DNA from: Alphaproteobacteria bacterium
Lineage (GTDB): Bacteria > Pseudomonadota > Alphaproteobacteria > CAAHEQ01 > UBA3637
Assembly (NCBI GenBank): GCA_017467335.1
Contig: JAFTSJ010000009.1
Coordinates: 852-64,851, forward strand
Length of the DNA: 64,000 bases
Direction of reading: 5' to 3'
Position 1 is the stretch's first letter. Each line of letters opens with the position of its first letter. A program made the position numbers and the translations under genes. Shown here piece by piece: positions 1-9,396 of the stretch. The notes below the pieces were generated by a model that made no database searches, was not told where the DNA came from, and saw nothing but the letters and a program-made list of their open reading frames with translations.

Positions 1-157
1 TGAGTCATATAAACCTCCTTGTCAACACATTATATCACAAAAATACAATTAGGACAATGGGGAAAAATGTATTGTTTCTCAATCATAAATAAATTGGTTT
101 CGCACCATTTGGGGCATCACACGTTGCACCACAGTTTTTTATTTTGCATTTTTCCTA

Positions 158-757
158 TCATTGTTCGTTTTGTTTTGTATTTCCTCTTAATTTTTGAACA
201 ACCAAGTCAAGAGTGGCTCTGGCTTTTAACACCACTTGTGGTTGGCGGTAATAAGGGCTGTGTGTGGTGCGTTTAGAAAGCAACACGCCTTTGGCTGTTT
301 TGGGTTGATAGGTTTGATGTTCCATCACTTGATTTTTCATAATGGTGGCTTGTGCTTCAATAGCGCTTGCCAAACAGGCTGCTTGATAGCTCGATTCATA
401 AGCTGATAATTGACGTGCCAATTGCAAATTGGGGTTTTCTTCTGCATCCATTCGAGGGGTAAAGCCATTGTTATTTTTAATAAAAGGGTTTGGGTTGAAC
501 GGTAAAATTGTTTTTAAATCAAAGTCAGTAATGACATGTTGTCCTTTATAGTAGATTGATTCTGTACGGATTTTTATTCTTGTTGGAAATTTTGCTATGT
601 AATGCAAAAGGGTGTTGCCGTATTTGTCTTGTGCGTCAACGAGGGTTGGATCTTTTTTAAGATCTGCCAAAATGTCTTCAAAAAAGAAGTTTCTTTGGCA
701 GCAAAGATTTTTTTCAATAACACTTAAAAATTTTGAAGCAAAAGTTGTTTTATCCAT
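158..757 (-). CDS. hypothetical protein with two ankyrin-like motifs
   Basis: 199-aa ORF. DKYGNTLLHYIAK and NNNGFTPRMDAEEN resemble the G-x-TPLH-x-A ankyrin core. No other domain recognised. Confidence 0.45.
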   Translation of the reverse strand: MDKTTFASKFLSVIEKNLCCQRNFFFEDILADLKKDPTLVDAQDKYGNTLLHYIAKFPTRIKIRTESIYYKGQHVITDFDLKTILPFNPNPFIKNNNGFTPRMDAEENPNLQLARQLSAYESSYQAACLASAIEAQATIMKNQVMEHQTYQPKTAKGVLLSKRTTHSPYYRQPQVVLKARATLDLVVQKLRGNTKQNEQ

Positions 758-899
758 TTTTTTATCCTTTTAATGGGGTTAATCTTTGATTTTGCTTTTA
801 TCATAAATTTATATTTTGGTCAAAAATATTTATAAAAAAGATTTTTTAATCAGATAAGCCTAAAAAGCAAAAGGAAAGAAAAATCTTAAACCAACAAAA

Positions 900-925
900 C
901 AAAAAAGCCTTGGTTTTCCAAGGCT
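900..925 (-). terminator. rho-independent terminator downstream of tRNA-Leu
   Basis: Hairpin AGCCTTGG-TTTT-CCAAGGCT, followed on the minus strand by a T-run. Confidence 0.6.
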
Positions 926-931
926 TTAAAA

Positions 932-1020
932 TGGTGCGGAAAGCCGGGGTCGAACCGGCACGGGAGCAAAGTCCCAACAGATTTTAAGTCTGTTGCGTCT
1001 ACCAATTCCGCCATATCCGC
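932..1020 (-). tRNA. tRNA-Leu (anticodon UAA), class II with long variable arm, CCA encoded
   Basis: Reverse complement reads GCGGATATGGCGGAATTGGTAGACGC-AACAGA-CTTAAAA-TCTGTT-GGGACTTTGCTCCCGT-GCCGGTTCGACCCCGGC-TTTCCGCACCA. Cloverleaf is present, anticodon loop is CT-TAA-AA, and there is one U-U mismatch in the acceptor stem. Confidence 0.85.
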
Positions 1021-1044
1021 ATAATCAGTAGCAACATGGTAAGT

Positions 1045-1073
1045 ACTTTAACTTATTTTTTTGTACACGTCAA
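1045..1073 (-). promoter_or_regulatory. sigma70-type promoter for tRNA-Leu
   Basis: Minus strand TTGACG-17 nt-TAAAGT, about 25 nt upstream of the tRNA 5' end. Confidence 0.5.
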
Positions 1074-1301
1074 GACTTTTTTTAAAAAAAAATAAAAAAA
1101 ATATATATGATGTAAAATGAAGATGATTCAATGTGGTTTAAAATAAAAAACAAAAACATCGTTTGATTGATTTTTATATACTGATATTATGAAAATCATC
1201 CTGTTTTTGATTGAAAAGTATTTGGTTCTTTGGTTTGTTTCCTCTTGACAGCGTATAATTATTTTGTTAGTCTGTTCAAGATTATAGAAAGGAGTTTTTA
1301 A

Positions 1302-3065
1302 ATGAGTAATGAAGAAAAACTAAGTATTTTGCGACATTCAACACAGCATGTAATGGCCTATGCAATCACGGAACTGTATCCTGAAACAAAAATGGCAATG
1401 GGTCCTTCTACAAAAGATGGATTTTATGGGGATTTTGAATTTCCGGAAGGTGTAACTGTTTCTGAAGAAATGTTTTCCAAAATCGAAGAAAAAATGAAAG
1501 AAATTATCAAGAAAAAAATACCTTTTGTGAAAGAAGTTGTTTCTCCGCAAAAAGCTCGGGAATTATTTCATGATAATCCGTATAAATTGGAATGGATACG
1601 TGAAATTGAAGAACGGGGTGAAGATATTTCGGTTTATTGGTTAGGTGATTTTGTTGATATTTGTTCAGGCCCTCACGTTGAAAATTCAATTGAAATTAAA
1701 GCCTTCAAGTTGATGAAGTTAGCAGGTGCATACTGGCGTGGCGATTCGAAAAATAAGATGTTAACACGTATTTACGGAACGGCATTTTTTACAAAAGATG
1801 AATTGATGTCGTATATTAAAATGCTTCAAGAAGCGGAAAAATATGACCATCGGAAATTAGGTCCTGCTTTAGATTTAATTCATTTTGACGATACGGCTCC
1901 CGGTGCTCCATATTGGTTGCCGGATGGGTTAGTCATTTACAAAGAATTGTACAATTTTTGGAGTTATTATCACGAAGAAAAAGGATATTTGGAATATCGG
2001 GCTCCGTTGCTTAATAAACGTGAATTATTTATGACATCCGGACATTGGCAACACTATCGGGAAAATATGTTTGTTATCAATCAAGATGAAAACAATGTTT
2101 TTGCTCTGAAACCAATGGGTTGTCCGAATGCAATGGTAACGTTTAATTTAAAAACACGCAGTTATCAGGATTTGCCATATCGATTGGCTGATGCCGATAT
2201 GTTGTATCGAAATGAAAGCAGTGGTGCTTTGACAGGTTTATTCCGTTCATATGAATTTAACCAAGATGACGCTCATATTTTTATTACGGAAGAACAAATT
2301 GAATCCGAATATAATCATATTTTAGATATTGTTCAGGATTTCTATAACTTGTTCGGATTAACTTGTACATTTAAGTTATCTACCCGTCCGGATGATTTCT
2401 TAGGGGAAATTGAAACATGGAATAAAGCCGAAGCTATTTTAAAAAATATTTTAATCAACCGTTTTGGTGAAGATGGTTTTTCCATTAAGGAAAAAGATGG
2501 GGCTTTCTATGGTCCTAAGTTGGATATTCAGATGAAAGATGCTTTGGGTCGGGAATGGCAGATGGGAACCATTCAATTGGACTTCCAGTTACCGAGTCGT
2601 TTCGGTTGTACATATGTTGATAAAGACGGTAATAAAAAAACACCGATTTTGTTGCATCGAGTCATTTATGGGGCTCTAGGTCGCTTTATCGGTATTTTAA
2701 TTGAACACTTTAAAGGGAAATTCCCATTGTGGATTTCTCCGTTGCATGCTGTTGTTATTCCGATTTCTGAAAAGAATGCCGAATATGCAAATAAAATTGT
2801 TCAGGCTTTACGAGATGTGGAAATCAGAACAGCAACACGGGGATTGCGTGTTAAAGCTGATCTTTCTGCCGAAAGTATGCAAAAACGGATTCGTAATGCT
2901 CAATTAAAATATGTTCCGTATATGATTGTTGTCGGTGATAAAGAAGCAGAAAATGGAACAATTTCTGTTCGCACGCGTGATAATAAGCAAATCAACAATA
3001 TACGATTAGAAGACTTTATTGCTGATTTAACGGAAAAAATTAAAACGAAGAGTTTAGAAATATAA
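1302..3065 (+). CDS. thrS: threonine--tRNA ligase lacking the N-terminal TGS domain
   Basis: 587 aa with an AAAGGAG RBS. It starts directly in the editing domain (RHSTQHVMAYAI, compare E. coli RHSCAHLLGHAI). Class II catalytic core and anticodon-binding domain are recognisable. Confidence 0.95.
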   Translation: MSNEEKLSILRHSTQHVMAYAITELYPETKMAMGPSTKDGFYGDFEFPEGVTVSEEMFSKIEEKMKEIIKKKIPFVKEVVSPQKARELFHDNPYKLEWIREIEERGEDISVYWLGDFVDICSGPHVENSIEIKAFKLMKLAGAYWRGDSKNKMLTRIYGTAFFTKDELMSYIKMLQEAEKYDHRKLGPALDLIHFDDTAPGAPYWLPDGLVIYKELYNFWSYYHEEKGYLEYRAPLLNKRELFMTSGHWQHYRENMFVINQDENNVFALKPMGCPNAMVTFNLKTRSYQDLPYRLADADMLYRNESSGALTGLFRSYEFNQDDAHIFITEEQIESEYNHILDIVQDFYNLFGLTCTFKLSTRPDDFLGEIETWNKAEAILKNILINRFGEDGFSIKEKDGAFYGPKLDIQMKDALGREWQMGTIQLDFQLPSRFGCTYVDKDGNKKTPILLHRVIYGALGRFIGILIEHFKGKFPLWISPLHAVVIPISEKNAEYANKIVQALRDVEIRTATRGLRVKADLSAESMQKRIRNAQLKYVPYMIVVGDKEAENGTISVRTRDNKQINNIRLEDFIADLTEKIKTKSLEI

Positions 3066-3140
3066 TACGGATGCAAATTTTGTAATTTTGGAAAAAGACG
3101 GTCAATAATTTTTTCAAAAAAAATTTGGAAATGATAAAGC

Positions 3141-3185
3141 TGGAGAACAAATGCTTGATAAGCATTTGTTCTCCTCTTTTATTTT
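3141..3185 (+). terminator. rho-independent terminator after thrS
   Basis: 15-bp perfect stem GGAGAACAAATGCTT/AAGCATTTGTTCTCC followed by a T-rich tail. Confidence 0.8.
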
Positions 3186-3384
3186 GTCCGGTTTGAATAT
3201 TTTACATCCGCATATCAATACGCAATTATCAACAAAAAATGCAATTGTTATGGATTATTTTTTTTGATGGCTGCCTCTTTAAAACGATAGAACAAAATAT
3301 GTTGCGGGGGTTATTTTACAAAAAAAACTTGCCAAGAATATTGATAGTATGCTATCTTATCTCACAAATGTTAAGGAGCCAAAA

Positions 3385-4509
3385 ATGGATGAATTTGATA
3401 AGATAAGAGAAATTTCAGAAGATTTAACGAATCGCCGTGAACCGACTTTTACACAATTGGGGAAAGGAGACGGGTTAAAACCGACTCCGTCCGTAACGCC
3501 AACACCTGTTCCAACGGGGCAATCCTCAATGAATGTTCATCCTCACGCAGTTGATGAAAATGCTCAACGGATGCAAACGATACATTCTTTTTTACAACAG
3601 CCTGTACAACAAACACATAATACGGAATCCGTTTTTCGATTAACAAATAATTTAAATGATCGAATTGATACCGTTCAAATTGAACCGGTGCAAGAACGGG
3701 CTTATTCACCATGGCGGACTCGGTTAATCGGGGGTTGTGTTTTTGTCGGCGTTGTTTGTGTCGTTTGTGCCGGTTTCTTTTTCTTGGGAGGTAATCCCAG
3801 CGGTGTTGATGAAGTTGTAACGATTACAACTGCTCCGACCCTTATTAAGGAATCGCCCGAACAGGCTGGTGGTATGAATATTCCCAATCAAGATAAATTA
3901 GTCTATAACAGTATTCGATCTGGTAACGTGACAACCAAAGTTGAAAGTTTGTTTGCAGAACCGGAAAAACCGGTCGTTCCTCAAATTTTAATGATTGAAG
4001 AAAATGAAGCAGAAGAAAAATTTGTCAATATTGATACTGTCAAAGCTGTTAATCCTTTAAATGAACCGGCAAAACCGGTTGTTGTTGCGACCAAGGTACA
4101 GAAAAAACAAGAGCAATCGTTGGTTGTTGATGCAGTCAAAGGTGAATCTAAAAAGGATACTTTATCGGAAAATAAAGCCTCTGTTTTACCTCTTGAAAAG
4201 AAAAAATCAACACAAGAAATTGTGCAAAACAAGCCGACAATTAAAGAAGCTAAAAAATCGGGGAATATTTGGCGTGTTCAATTATTTTCGTCCAATAACC
4301 AATCAGCGGTTGAAAAAGCATGGAGTCGTATTTTGAAAAAACATAATGCGTTGTTATCGGATATGACCTATGATATTGAACCGGCTCAAATAAAAGGGAA
4401 GGGGACATTTTATCGGTTAAAAGTCGGTCAGTTTTCAACACGGGAAATGGCAACTGCTCTTTGTGCAAAATTAAAAGCACAAAAACAAGATTGTGTGCCG
4501 GCAAAATAG
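3385..4509 (+). CDS. SPOR domain-containing membrane protein
   Basis: C-terminal WRVQLFSS...GTFYRLKVGQFSTREMATALCAKLK is a typical SPOR (peptidoglycan-binding) domain. One TM helix (LIGGCVFVGVVCVVCAGFFFLGG). AAGGAG RBS 6 nt before the ATG at 3385; the ORF is open from 3349. Confidence 0.8.
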   Translation: MDEFDKIREISEDLTNRREPTFTQLGKGDGLKPTPSVTPTPVPTGQSSMNVHPHAVDENAQRMQTIHSFLQQPVQQTHNTESVFRLTNNLNDRIDTVQIEPVQERAYSPWRTRLIGGCVFVGVVCVVCAGFFFLGGNPSGVDEVVTITTAPTLIKESPEQAGGMNIPNQDKLVYNSIRSGNVTTKVESLFAEPEKPVVPQILMIEENEAEEKFVNIDTVKAVNPLNEPAKPVVVATKVQKKQEQSLVVDAVKGESKKDTLSENKASVLPLEKKKSTQEIVQNKPTIKEAKKSGNIWRVQLFSSNNQSAVEKAWSRILKKHNALLSDMTYDIEPAQIKGKGTFYRLKVGQFSTREMATALCAKLKAQKQDCVPAK

Positions 4510-4518
4510 GACTGTTAA

Positions 4519-5184
4519 ATGGATTTTTCGCACATAATTTATGAAGCAACGACATGGGTTTTCCCATTGTTGTTTGTTATTGTTTTTCATGAAGTAGCTC
4601 ATGGATTCGTTGCTTATCAATTTGGAGATACAACGGCTCAAAGGGCTGGACGGTTGACATTGAATCCCATTCATCATATTGATATTTACGGCACTATTAT
4701 CATTCCGATTGTTTTGTTGGTTATGAATGCTCCGATTATGATTGGCTGGGCTAAACCCGTTCCGGTTAATTTTAATGCTTTAACGAATCCGAAAAGAGAT
4801 ATGGGTATTGTTGCATTGGCCGGTCCTGTTACAAATTTTATTCTTGCCATTTTGTTTGCTGTTATCGGTAAGTTTTTATTGATGATATTACCGCCGGAAT
4901 TGGCTTTGTCTCAATGGATTAGTGACACGGTTCATAATGGAATAGGATTATCTTTGGTGATTGGTATTTTTAATTTATTCCCCTTGCTACCGTTAGATGG
5001 CGGTCGGATATTAGCTGCAATTTTACCGGATAAATACAGTTTGAAATATCAAAAAACAGAACCATACGGTTTTTTGATATTGATGGGAATATTGTTTTTG
5101 CTTCCGGCTCATATTAACCCGATTTTGTGGTTTATACGGATTTTATTTCCTTATTTTGACCGTATGATTCAGATTTTTTTGTAA
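4519..5184 (+). CDS. site-2 protease family (M50) zinc metalloprotease
   Basis: HEVAHG (HExxH) lies in the first TM helix and NLFPLLPLDGGRIL is the second M50 motif. Polytopic membrane protein. Confidence 0.85.
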   Translation: MDFSHIIYEATTWVFPLLFVIVFHEVAHGFVAYQFGDTTAQRAGRLTLNPIHHIDIYGTIIIPIVLLVMNAPIMIGWAKPVPVNFNALTNPKRDMGIVALAGPVTNFILAILFAVIGKFLLMILPPELALSQWISDTVHNGIGLSLVIGIFNLFPLLPLDGGRILAAILPDKYSLKYQKTEPYGFLILMGILFLLPAHINPILWFIRILFPYFDRMIQIFL

Positions 5185-5281
5185 ATAAACCTGATTAAAT
5201 AAAAATTTGTTTATTTATCTAAATATCTTGCTAAAATCAATAAATTGTGATATACGACCCGACTCGAGAGGAGAAGGTAAT

Positions 5282-6532
5282 ATGACAAATTTTTCTTGTG
5301 GTATTGATTTTGGCACAACAAATTCGACAATTGGTGTTTTGCTAAATAATCAGCCCAAAATGGTACAATTAGAAACTAATTCGATTTCTATGCCGACAGC
5401 TCTTTTTTTTGAAGATAAAAAGAAAGTTCCTTTATATGGGAAATCGGCTATTGAATATTACACCAACGGTGCTGATGGGCGTTTTATTCGTAGTATAAAA
5501 CGTATTTTGGGTTCTGAGTTAATGGATAAATTTACGGTTATTAACGGTAAGGGAGTCCGGTTTGATGAATTGATTGGTTTGTTTTTATATCATTTAAAAG
5601 AAAAAGCTGAAAGCCAACTGGATTTGGATATAGATACAGCCGTTATTGGGCGGCCTGTCCATTTTCAGGATAATGATACGCAATCTGATAGTAAAGCCGA
5701 AGATAAATTAAAAACAATCGCACAAAAAATTGGTTTTAAACATGTTTCTTTTCAATATGAACCGATAGCGGCTGCTTTTTCACATGAACAATTTTTAACA
5801 TCCGAAAAATTAGCTTTGGTTGTTGATATAGGAGGGGGTACATCTGATTTTACAATTATTCGTATAGGTCCTGACTTGTCAAGAAAGGTAAATCGTTCTG
5901 ATGATATTTTGGCTACAACCGGTGTAAGAATTGGCGGAAATGATTTAGATAAAGCATTAAATTTTAATTTTTTTATGCCTTCATTTGGGCGGGGAACAAC
6001 GTATGGTGAAAAATCGCTTGTATGTCCGAATTATTTATTTTCTGATTTGTCGGAATGGAGTTTAATCAATTTTTGTTATACACCTCAAAATATTCAGCGT
6101 GTTGAAAATATATTGTTGACGGCTCATGAACCGATAAAAGTACAACGATTGTTGGATCTATTGGAATTTCAAGAAGCACATCGTTTGTTGAAGTTGGCAG
6201 AAGATGCCAAAATTGATTTAACAAAAACACACTTAACACGTCAACGATTTGATAATTTTAATATGGTTGTTCGATTTGAAATTGATCAAAATAGTTTTGA
6301 AACGGCTATTTGTCATGATGTGAATAAAATAGAAAAATGTATGCAAAAATGTCTTACAGATGCTCAAATAACAGCGGATAAAATTGATTTACTTATTTTG
6401 ACAGGCGGCTCTTGTGAAGTTCCTTATATTCAAAAAACGTTTCGCAGATTGTTTCCATCAGCCCAATTTTCTGACAGAGAAAAAATGTTAAGTGTCGGGT
6501 ATGGGTTGACGTATGCAACGCACAATTTATAA
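5282..6532 (+). CDS. Hsp70-family ATPase (YegD/HscC-like, short form)
   Basis: GIDFGTTNST phosphate-1 and DIGGGTSDFT phosphate-2 motifs. GAGAGGAGAAGG RBS before the ATG at 5282; the ORF is open from 5207. Confidence 0.8.
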   Translation: MTNFSCGIDFGTTNSTIGVLLNNQPKMVQLETNSISMPTALFFEDKKKVPLYGKSAIEYYTNGADGRFIRSIKRILGSELMDKFTVINGKGVRFDELIGLFLYHLKEKAESQLDLDIDTAVIGRPVHFQDNDTQSDSKAEDKLKTIAQKIGFKHVSFQYEPIAAAFSHEQFLTSEKLALVVDIGGGTSDFTIIRIGPDLSRKVNRSDDILATTGVRIGGNDLDKALNFNFFMPSFGRGTTYGEKSLVCPNYLFSDLSEWSLINFCYTPQNIQRVENILLTAHEPIKVQRLLDLLEFQEAHRLLKLAEDAKIDLTKTHLTRQRFDNFNMVVRFEIDQNSFETAICHDVNKIEKCMQKCLTDAQITADKIDLLILTGGSCEVPYIQKTFRRLFPSAQFSDREKMLSVGYGLTYATHNL

Positions 6533-6548
6533 GAAAATTCTTTTTTGC

Positions 6549-6577
6549 TTGACAAAAAATAAAATATAGCCTAATTT
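6549..6577 (+). promoter_or_regulatory. sigma70-type promoter for SRP RNA
   Basis: TTGACA-17 nt-TAATTT, about 7 nt before the predicted RNA 5' end. Confidence 0.55.
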
Positions 6578-6583
6578 AGCAAA

Positions 6584-6670
6584 CGGAAGGTCATGGACGA
6601 TTGGAAAACCAGCCGGTCAGGTTCGGAAGAAAGCAGCCGAGTTTTACTTAATCGGGTCATGTTCCTTCCG
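6584..6670 (+). ncRNA. ffs: signal recognition particle RNA (small 4.5S type)
   Basis: GGTCAGGTTCGGAAGAAAGCAGCC matches the conserved domain IV motif (E. coli GGTCAGGTCCGGAAGGAAGCAGCC). The ends CGGAAGG.../...CCTTCCG close one long hairpin, and a T8 run follows. Confidence 0.85.
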
Positions 6671-6803
6671 CTTTTTTTTGTCTTTTTTCCTCAATATCAT
6701 ACAAAAATGTTTTTGTTGTCACTTTTTCCTTGAAAAAGAAAATAAAAATGCGTATAGTAAACACAATTATTTTAATTGTCGTAAATCAGAAAAGGAAAAA
6801 ATC

Positions 6804-7367
6804 ATGAAAACACAAGCAAACAATATTCGTCCGGGTTGGATTATTGAACACAACGGAAAACAATGGACAGTTATGAAAACACAAGTAACCAAACCGGGGA
6901 AGGGTGGTGCTTTCATGCAGGTTGAAATGCGGGATTTGGCCAGTGGTAACAAAACCAATGAACGTTTCAGAACAGAAGATACAATTGAAAAATTAACATC
7001 TGAAAATATTGATTGTCAATTTTTGTACAAAGATGGCGATACATTGTTTTTCATGAATCAAGAAACATACGATCAAATTGAATTGCCGGTTGATTTTATG
7101 GGTGAATCCGTTGCCTTTTTACAAGATGGTATGACGGTTGTTGCGAATACAATTGAAGGTAAAATTGTTGGTATTGAATTGCCATTACAGGTTGTTTGTA
7201 CTGTTGTGGAAACAGAACCATATTTAAAAGGTCAAACAGTTACAACTTCATACAAACCGGCATTATTAGATAATGGGTTAAGAACAACAATTCCACCGTT
7301 TGTTACAACCGGTGAAAAAATTGTTGTTGCTACGGCTGATTGCTCTTATGTTGAAAGGGCAAAATAA
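6804..7367 (+). CDS. efp: elongation factor P
   Basis: MKTQANNIRPGWIIEHNGKQWTV...TKPGKGGAFMQVEMRDL is typical EF-P. An AAAGGAAAAAA purine run precedes the ATG at 6804; the ORF is open from 6678. Confidence 0.93.
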   Translation: MKTQANNIRPGWIIEHNGKQWTVMKTQVTKPGKGGAFMQVEMRDLASGNKTNERFRTEDTIEKLTSENIDCQFLYKDGDTLFFMNQETYDQIELPVDFMGESVAFLQDGMTVVANTIEGKIVGIELPLQVVCTVVETEPYLKGQTVTTSYKPALLDNGLRTTIPPFVTTGEKIVVATADCSYVERAK

Positions 7368-7447
7368 TGCCGATTACAGAAAAAAGAACAATCACACCAC
7401 GCCCTCAGGCTTTTCGGCGTGAAAAGTCAAAGACACGGGAGGAGTTA

Positions 7448-8248
7448 ATGATTGATGCGTTATCTCCTAATTTAACGGTTATGGTTAAGGCTGTCCGTAA
7501 AGCGGGTCGCCGGATGGTTCGTGATTTTGGGGAAATTTCAAATTTGCAAGTTTCTCGAAAAGGACCGGGAGATTTTGTTTCAAATGCTGACATGATGGCT
7601 GAACAAACGTTGATTGAACAATTAAGTCAAGACCGTCCGGACTATGGGTTTATTACGGAAGAAACGGGTGACATACCGGCTCGAAATAATTCTCCTTATA
7701 CATGGGTTATTGATCCGATTGATGGTACAACGAATTTTTTACATGCCATTCCGACATTTGCTGTTTCCGTTGCTTTGATGGAAAAAGATGATGTTATTGC
7801 CGGTGTTATATTTAATCCGGTCACGAATGAATTGTATTATGCTGAAAAAGGTAAGGGTGCCTATTTGATGACGCCGACCGGCAATGTTCGTTTGCGTGTA
7901 TCGGGTCGAAATAATATTGAATATGCTTTGATTGGCAGTAATTGTTTTAAATCAACTCAAACACGGACTTTGGTTGAAAAAATTGCTGTTGATACATCGT
8001 CCGTTCGTTTTAATGGTAGTACAACTTTGTCATTGGCTGCGGTTGCGGCTGGTCAGTATGATGCGTATGTTGCCACTCATTTTAAATTGTGGGATGTTGC
8101 TGCCGGCTATTTGTTAGTTAAAGAAGCTGGTGGATTTGTATCTGATTTTAAAGGAGAACGAACCATAAATGATATTATAAAGGCACAAACAATAATGGCA
8201 TCTAACAGTGCATTAAAAGATGTGTTTTTAGCAACAATAAAAAAATAG
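7448..8248 (+). CDS. suhB: inositol monophosphatase family protein (SuhB-like)
   Basis: WVIDPIDGTTNF and WDVAAG motifs. GGGAGGAG RBS before the ATG at 7448. An alternative longer start at 7367 overlaps the efp stop (TAATG). Confidence 0.88.
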   Translation: MIDALSPNLTVMVKAVRKAGRRMVRDFGEISNLQVSRKGPGDFVSNADMMAEQTLIEQLSQDRPDYGFITEETGDIPARNNSPYTWVIDPIDGTTNFLHAIPTFAVSVALMEKDDVIAGVIFNPVTNELYYAEKGKGAYLMTPTGNVRLRVSGRNNIEYALIGSNCFKSTQTRTLVEKIAVDTSSVRFNGSTTLSLAAVAAGQYDAYVATHFKLWDVAAGYLLVKEAGGFVSDFKGERTINDIIKAQTIMASNSALKDVFLATIKK

Positions 8249-8255
8249 TTATTAA

Positions 8256-8279
8256 AAAGGCGTTTAAACGCCTTTTTTT
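8256..8279 (+). terminator. rho-independent terminator after suhB
   Basis: AGGCGTT-TAA-AACGCCT followed by T7. Confidence 0.75.
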
Positions 8280-8453
8280 GTATCTGAAACAGTCAACTTT
8301 TTAAGTGAGATTGTGATAAAAAAGGGGTAATATTTTAGAAAAAAAAGACAAATAATTTATACTTTTAAATAGGGGTTGAATATGAAAAATAATTTGTTTT
8401 TAATTAGTTGTAAAAAGGATTGTTCTAAAATATAAAAATAGTGAAAAAAGATA

Positions 8454-8482
8454 TTGACAACGATATTTAAAAATGGTATAGT
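8454..8482 (+). promoter_or_regulatory. near-consensus extended -10 promoter
   Basis: TTGACA-17 nt-TATAGT, with TGg immediately upstream of the -10. Confidence 0.65.
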
Positions 8483-8524
8483 TAGTCTAATTAAAAATTT
8501 TTGACAAAAAGAAAGGAGTTTTTG

Positions 8525-8728
8525 ATGAGTACATTAAGTAAGAGTGCACAGCCTGTTGACGTTGCAAAGGAAACTCGTTTATCCATTATGAATGATGCGC
8601 AAACGGTTGTTTTCCGGTCAGGTTCTGTTGCCGCACGAGATGGTTTTTCACAATCTCCGATTACACAAACACCTTATTATAAATCAGAAGATGTTCGACC
8701 AATGGGTCGGGATGCATCTGGTCGTTAA
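8525..8728 (+). CDS. small hypothetical protein (67 aa)
   Basis: AAAGGAG RBS 6 nt before the ATG, with its own strong promoter and terminator. No recognisable domain. Confidence 0.6.
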   Translation: MSTLSKSAQPVDVAKETRLSIMNDAQTVVFRSGSVAARDGFSQSPITQTPYYKSEDVRPMGRDASGR

Positions 8729-8734
8729 TATTTA

Positions 8735-8761
8735 AAGCCTCATTGGTTGAGGCTTTTTTTA
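8735..8761 (+). terminator. rho-independent terminator
   Basis: AAGCCTCA-TTGG-TTGAGGCTT followed by T7. Confidence 0.8.
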
Positions 8762-8865
8762 TGAATAAAGGCCCTCTGATGATTTTGTTTGAGATAGATG
8801 TATTTGCTAGAAAACAAATAGAATCAAGTTGTTGAGATAAAAAACATCAAAATAAAAAATTTTGC

Positions 8866-8894
8866 TTGCAATTTATTTTAAAAGGGTATATAAA
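8866..8894 (+). promoter_or_regulatory. sigma70-type promoter for tRNA-Thr
   Basis: TTGCAA-17 nt-TATAAA inside the motif TTTTGCTTGCA. The tRNA starts about 13 nt downstream of the -10. Confidence 0.55.
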
Positions 8895-8906
8895 ATATCC
8901 TGCGAA

Positions 8907-8982
<76 letters not shown>

Positions 8983-8986
8983 CTTA

Positions 8987-9018
8987 TCCCTTAAAGTTTT
9001 GTCTTTAAGGGATTTTTT
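8987..9018 (+). terminator. rho-independent terminator after tRNA-Thr
   Basis: TCCCTTAAAG-TTTTGT-CTTTAAGGGA followed by T6. Confidence 0.75.
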
Positions 9019-9114
9019 ATTGTTTGTTTTTCAATAATTTTACTTTCCCGTCACAGTTATACGTCACGTTGCCCGACAAAGATGTTTTACAAAGCCTATA
9101 ACCACATCCCCATC

Positions 9115-9173
9115 CTGCATTTCACCCAATTGGATTTAATAGAAAAATATGATTTTTTCCCAAGTGGTTTTAT
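9115..9173 (+). repeat. direct repeat copy 1 (att-like), contains a copy of the tRNA-Thr 3' end
   Basis: CTGCATTTCACCCAATTGGATTT...GATTTTTTCCCAAGTGGTTTTAT. TCACCCAATTGG (9122-9133) matches the tRNA 3' segment TCACCCAATCGG (8966-8977) at 11 of 12 positions. Confidence 0.7.
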
Positions 9174-9396
9174 AAAATTTTATTACCAATATTTCTTTTG
9201 AATGACGATTATCTTTTTTCAGATATTTAAATTGAAACCGTTATTTTGTCCGATAAAGATATAAAAGTTACCTAATATATAAGACTTTTATATTATTTTG
9301 CCTATTTTAATTTTTTTGACATATTATATTTTAACTTTATTTTATTGACCTTTTATGATACACTGATCTTCCAAAAATAATAAAGGAGAAATTGGT

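Noticed and set aside
19-276. 85-aa plus-strand ORF at the window start.
   Set aside because: It overlaps the 3' end of the better-supported minus-strand ORF 158-757. The sequence is His/Leu/Phe-rich and low-complexity with no RBS, so it is likely spurious.
1021-1301. Possible T-box or operator-type leader upstream of thrS.
   Set aside because: I found no specifier or antiterminator-like conserved T-box sequence and no tRNA-like operator hairpins. The region is mostly A/T homopolymer runs plus the divergent tRNA-Leu promoter.
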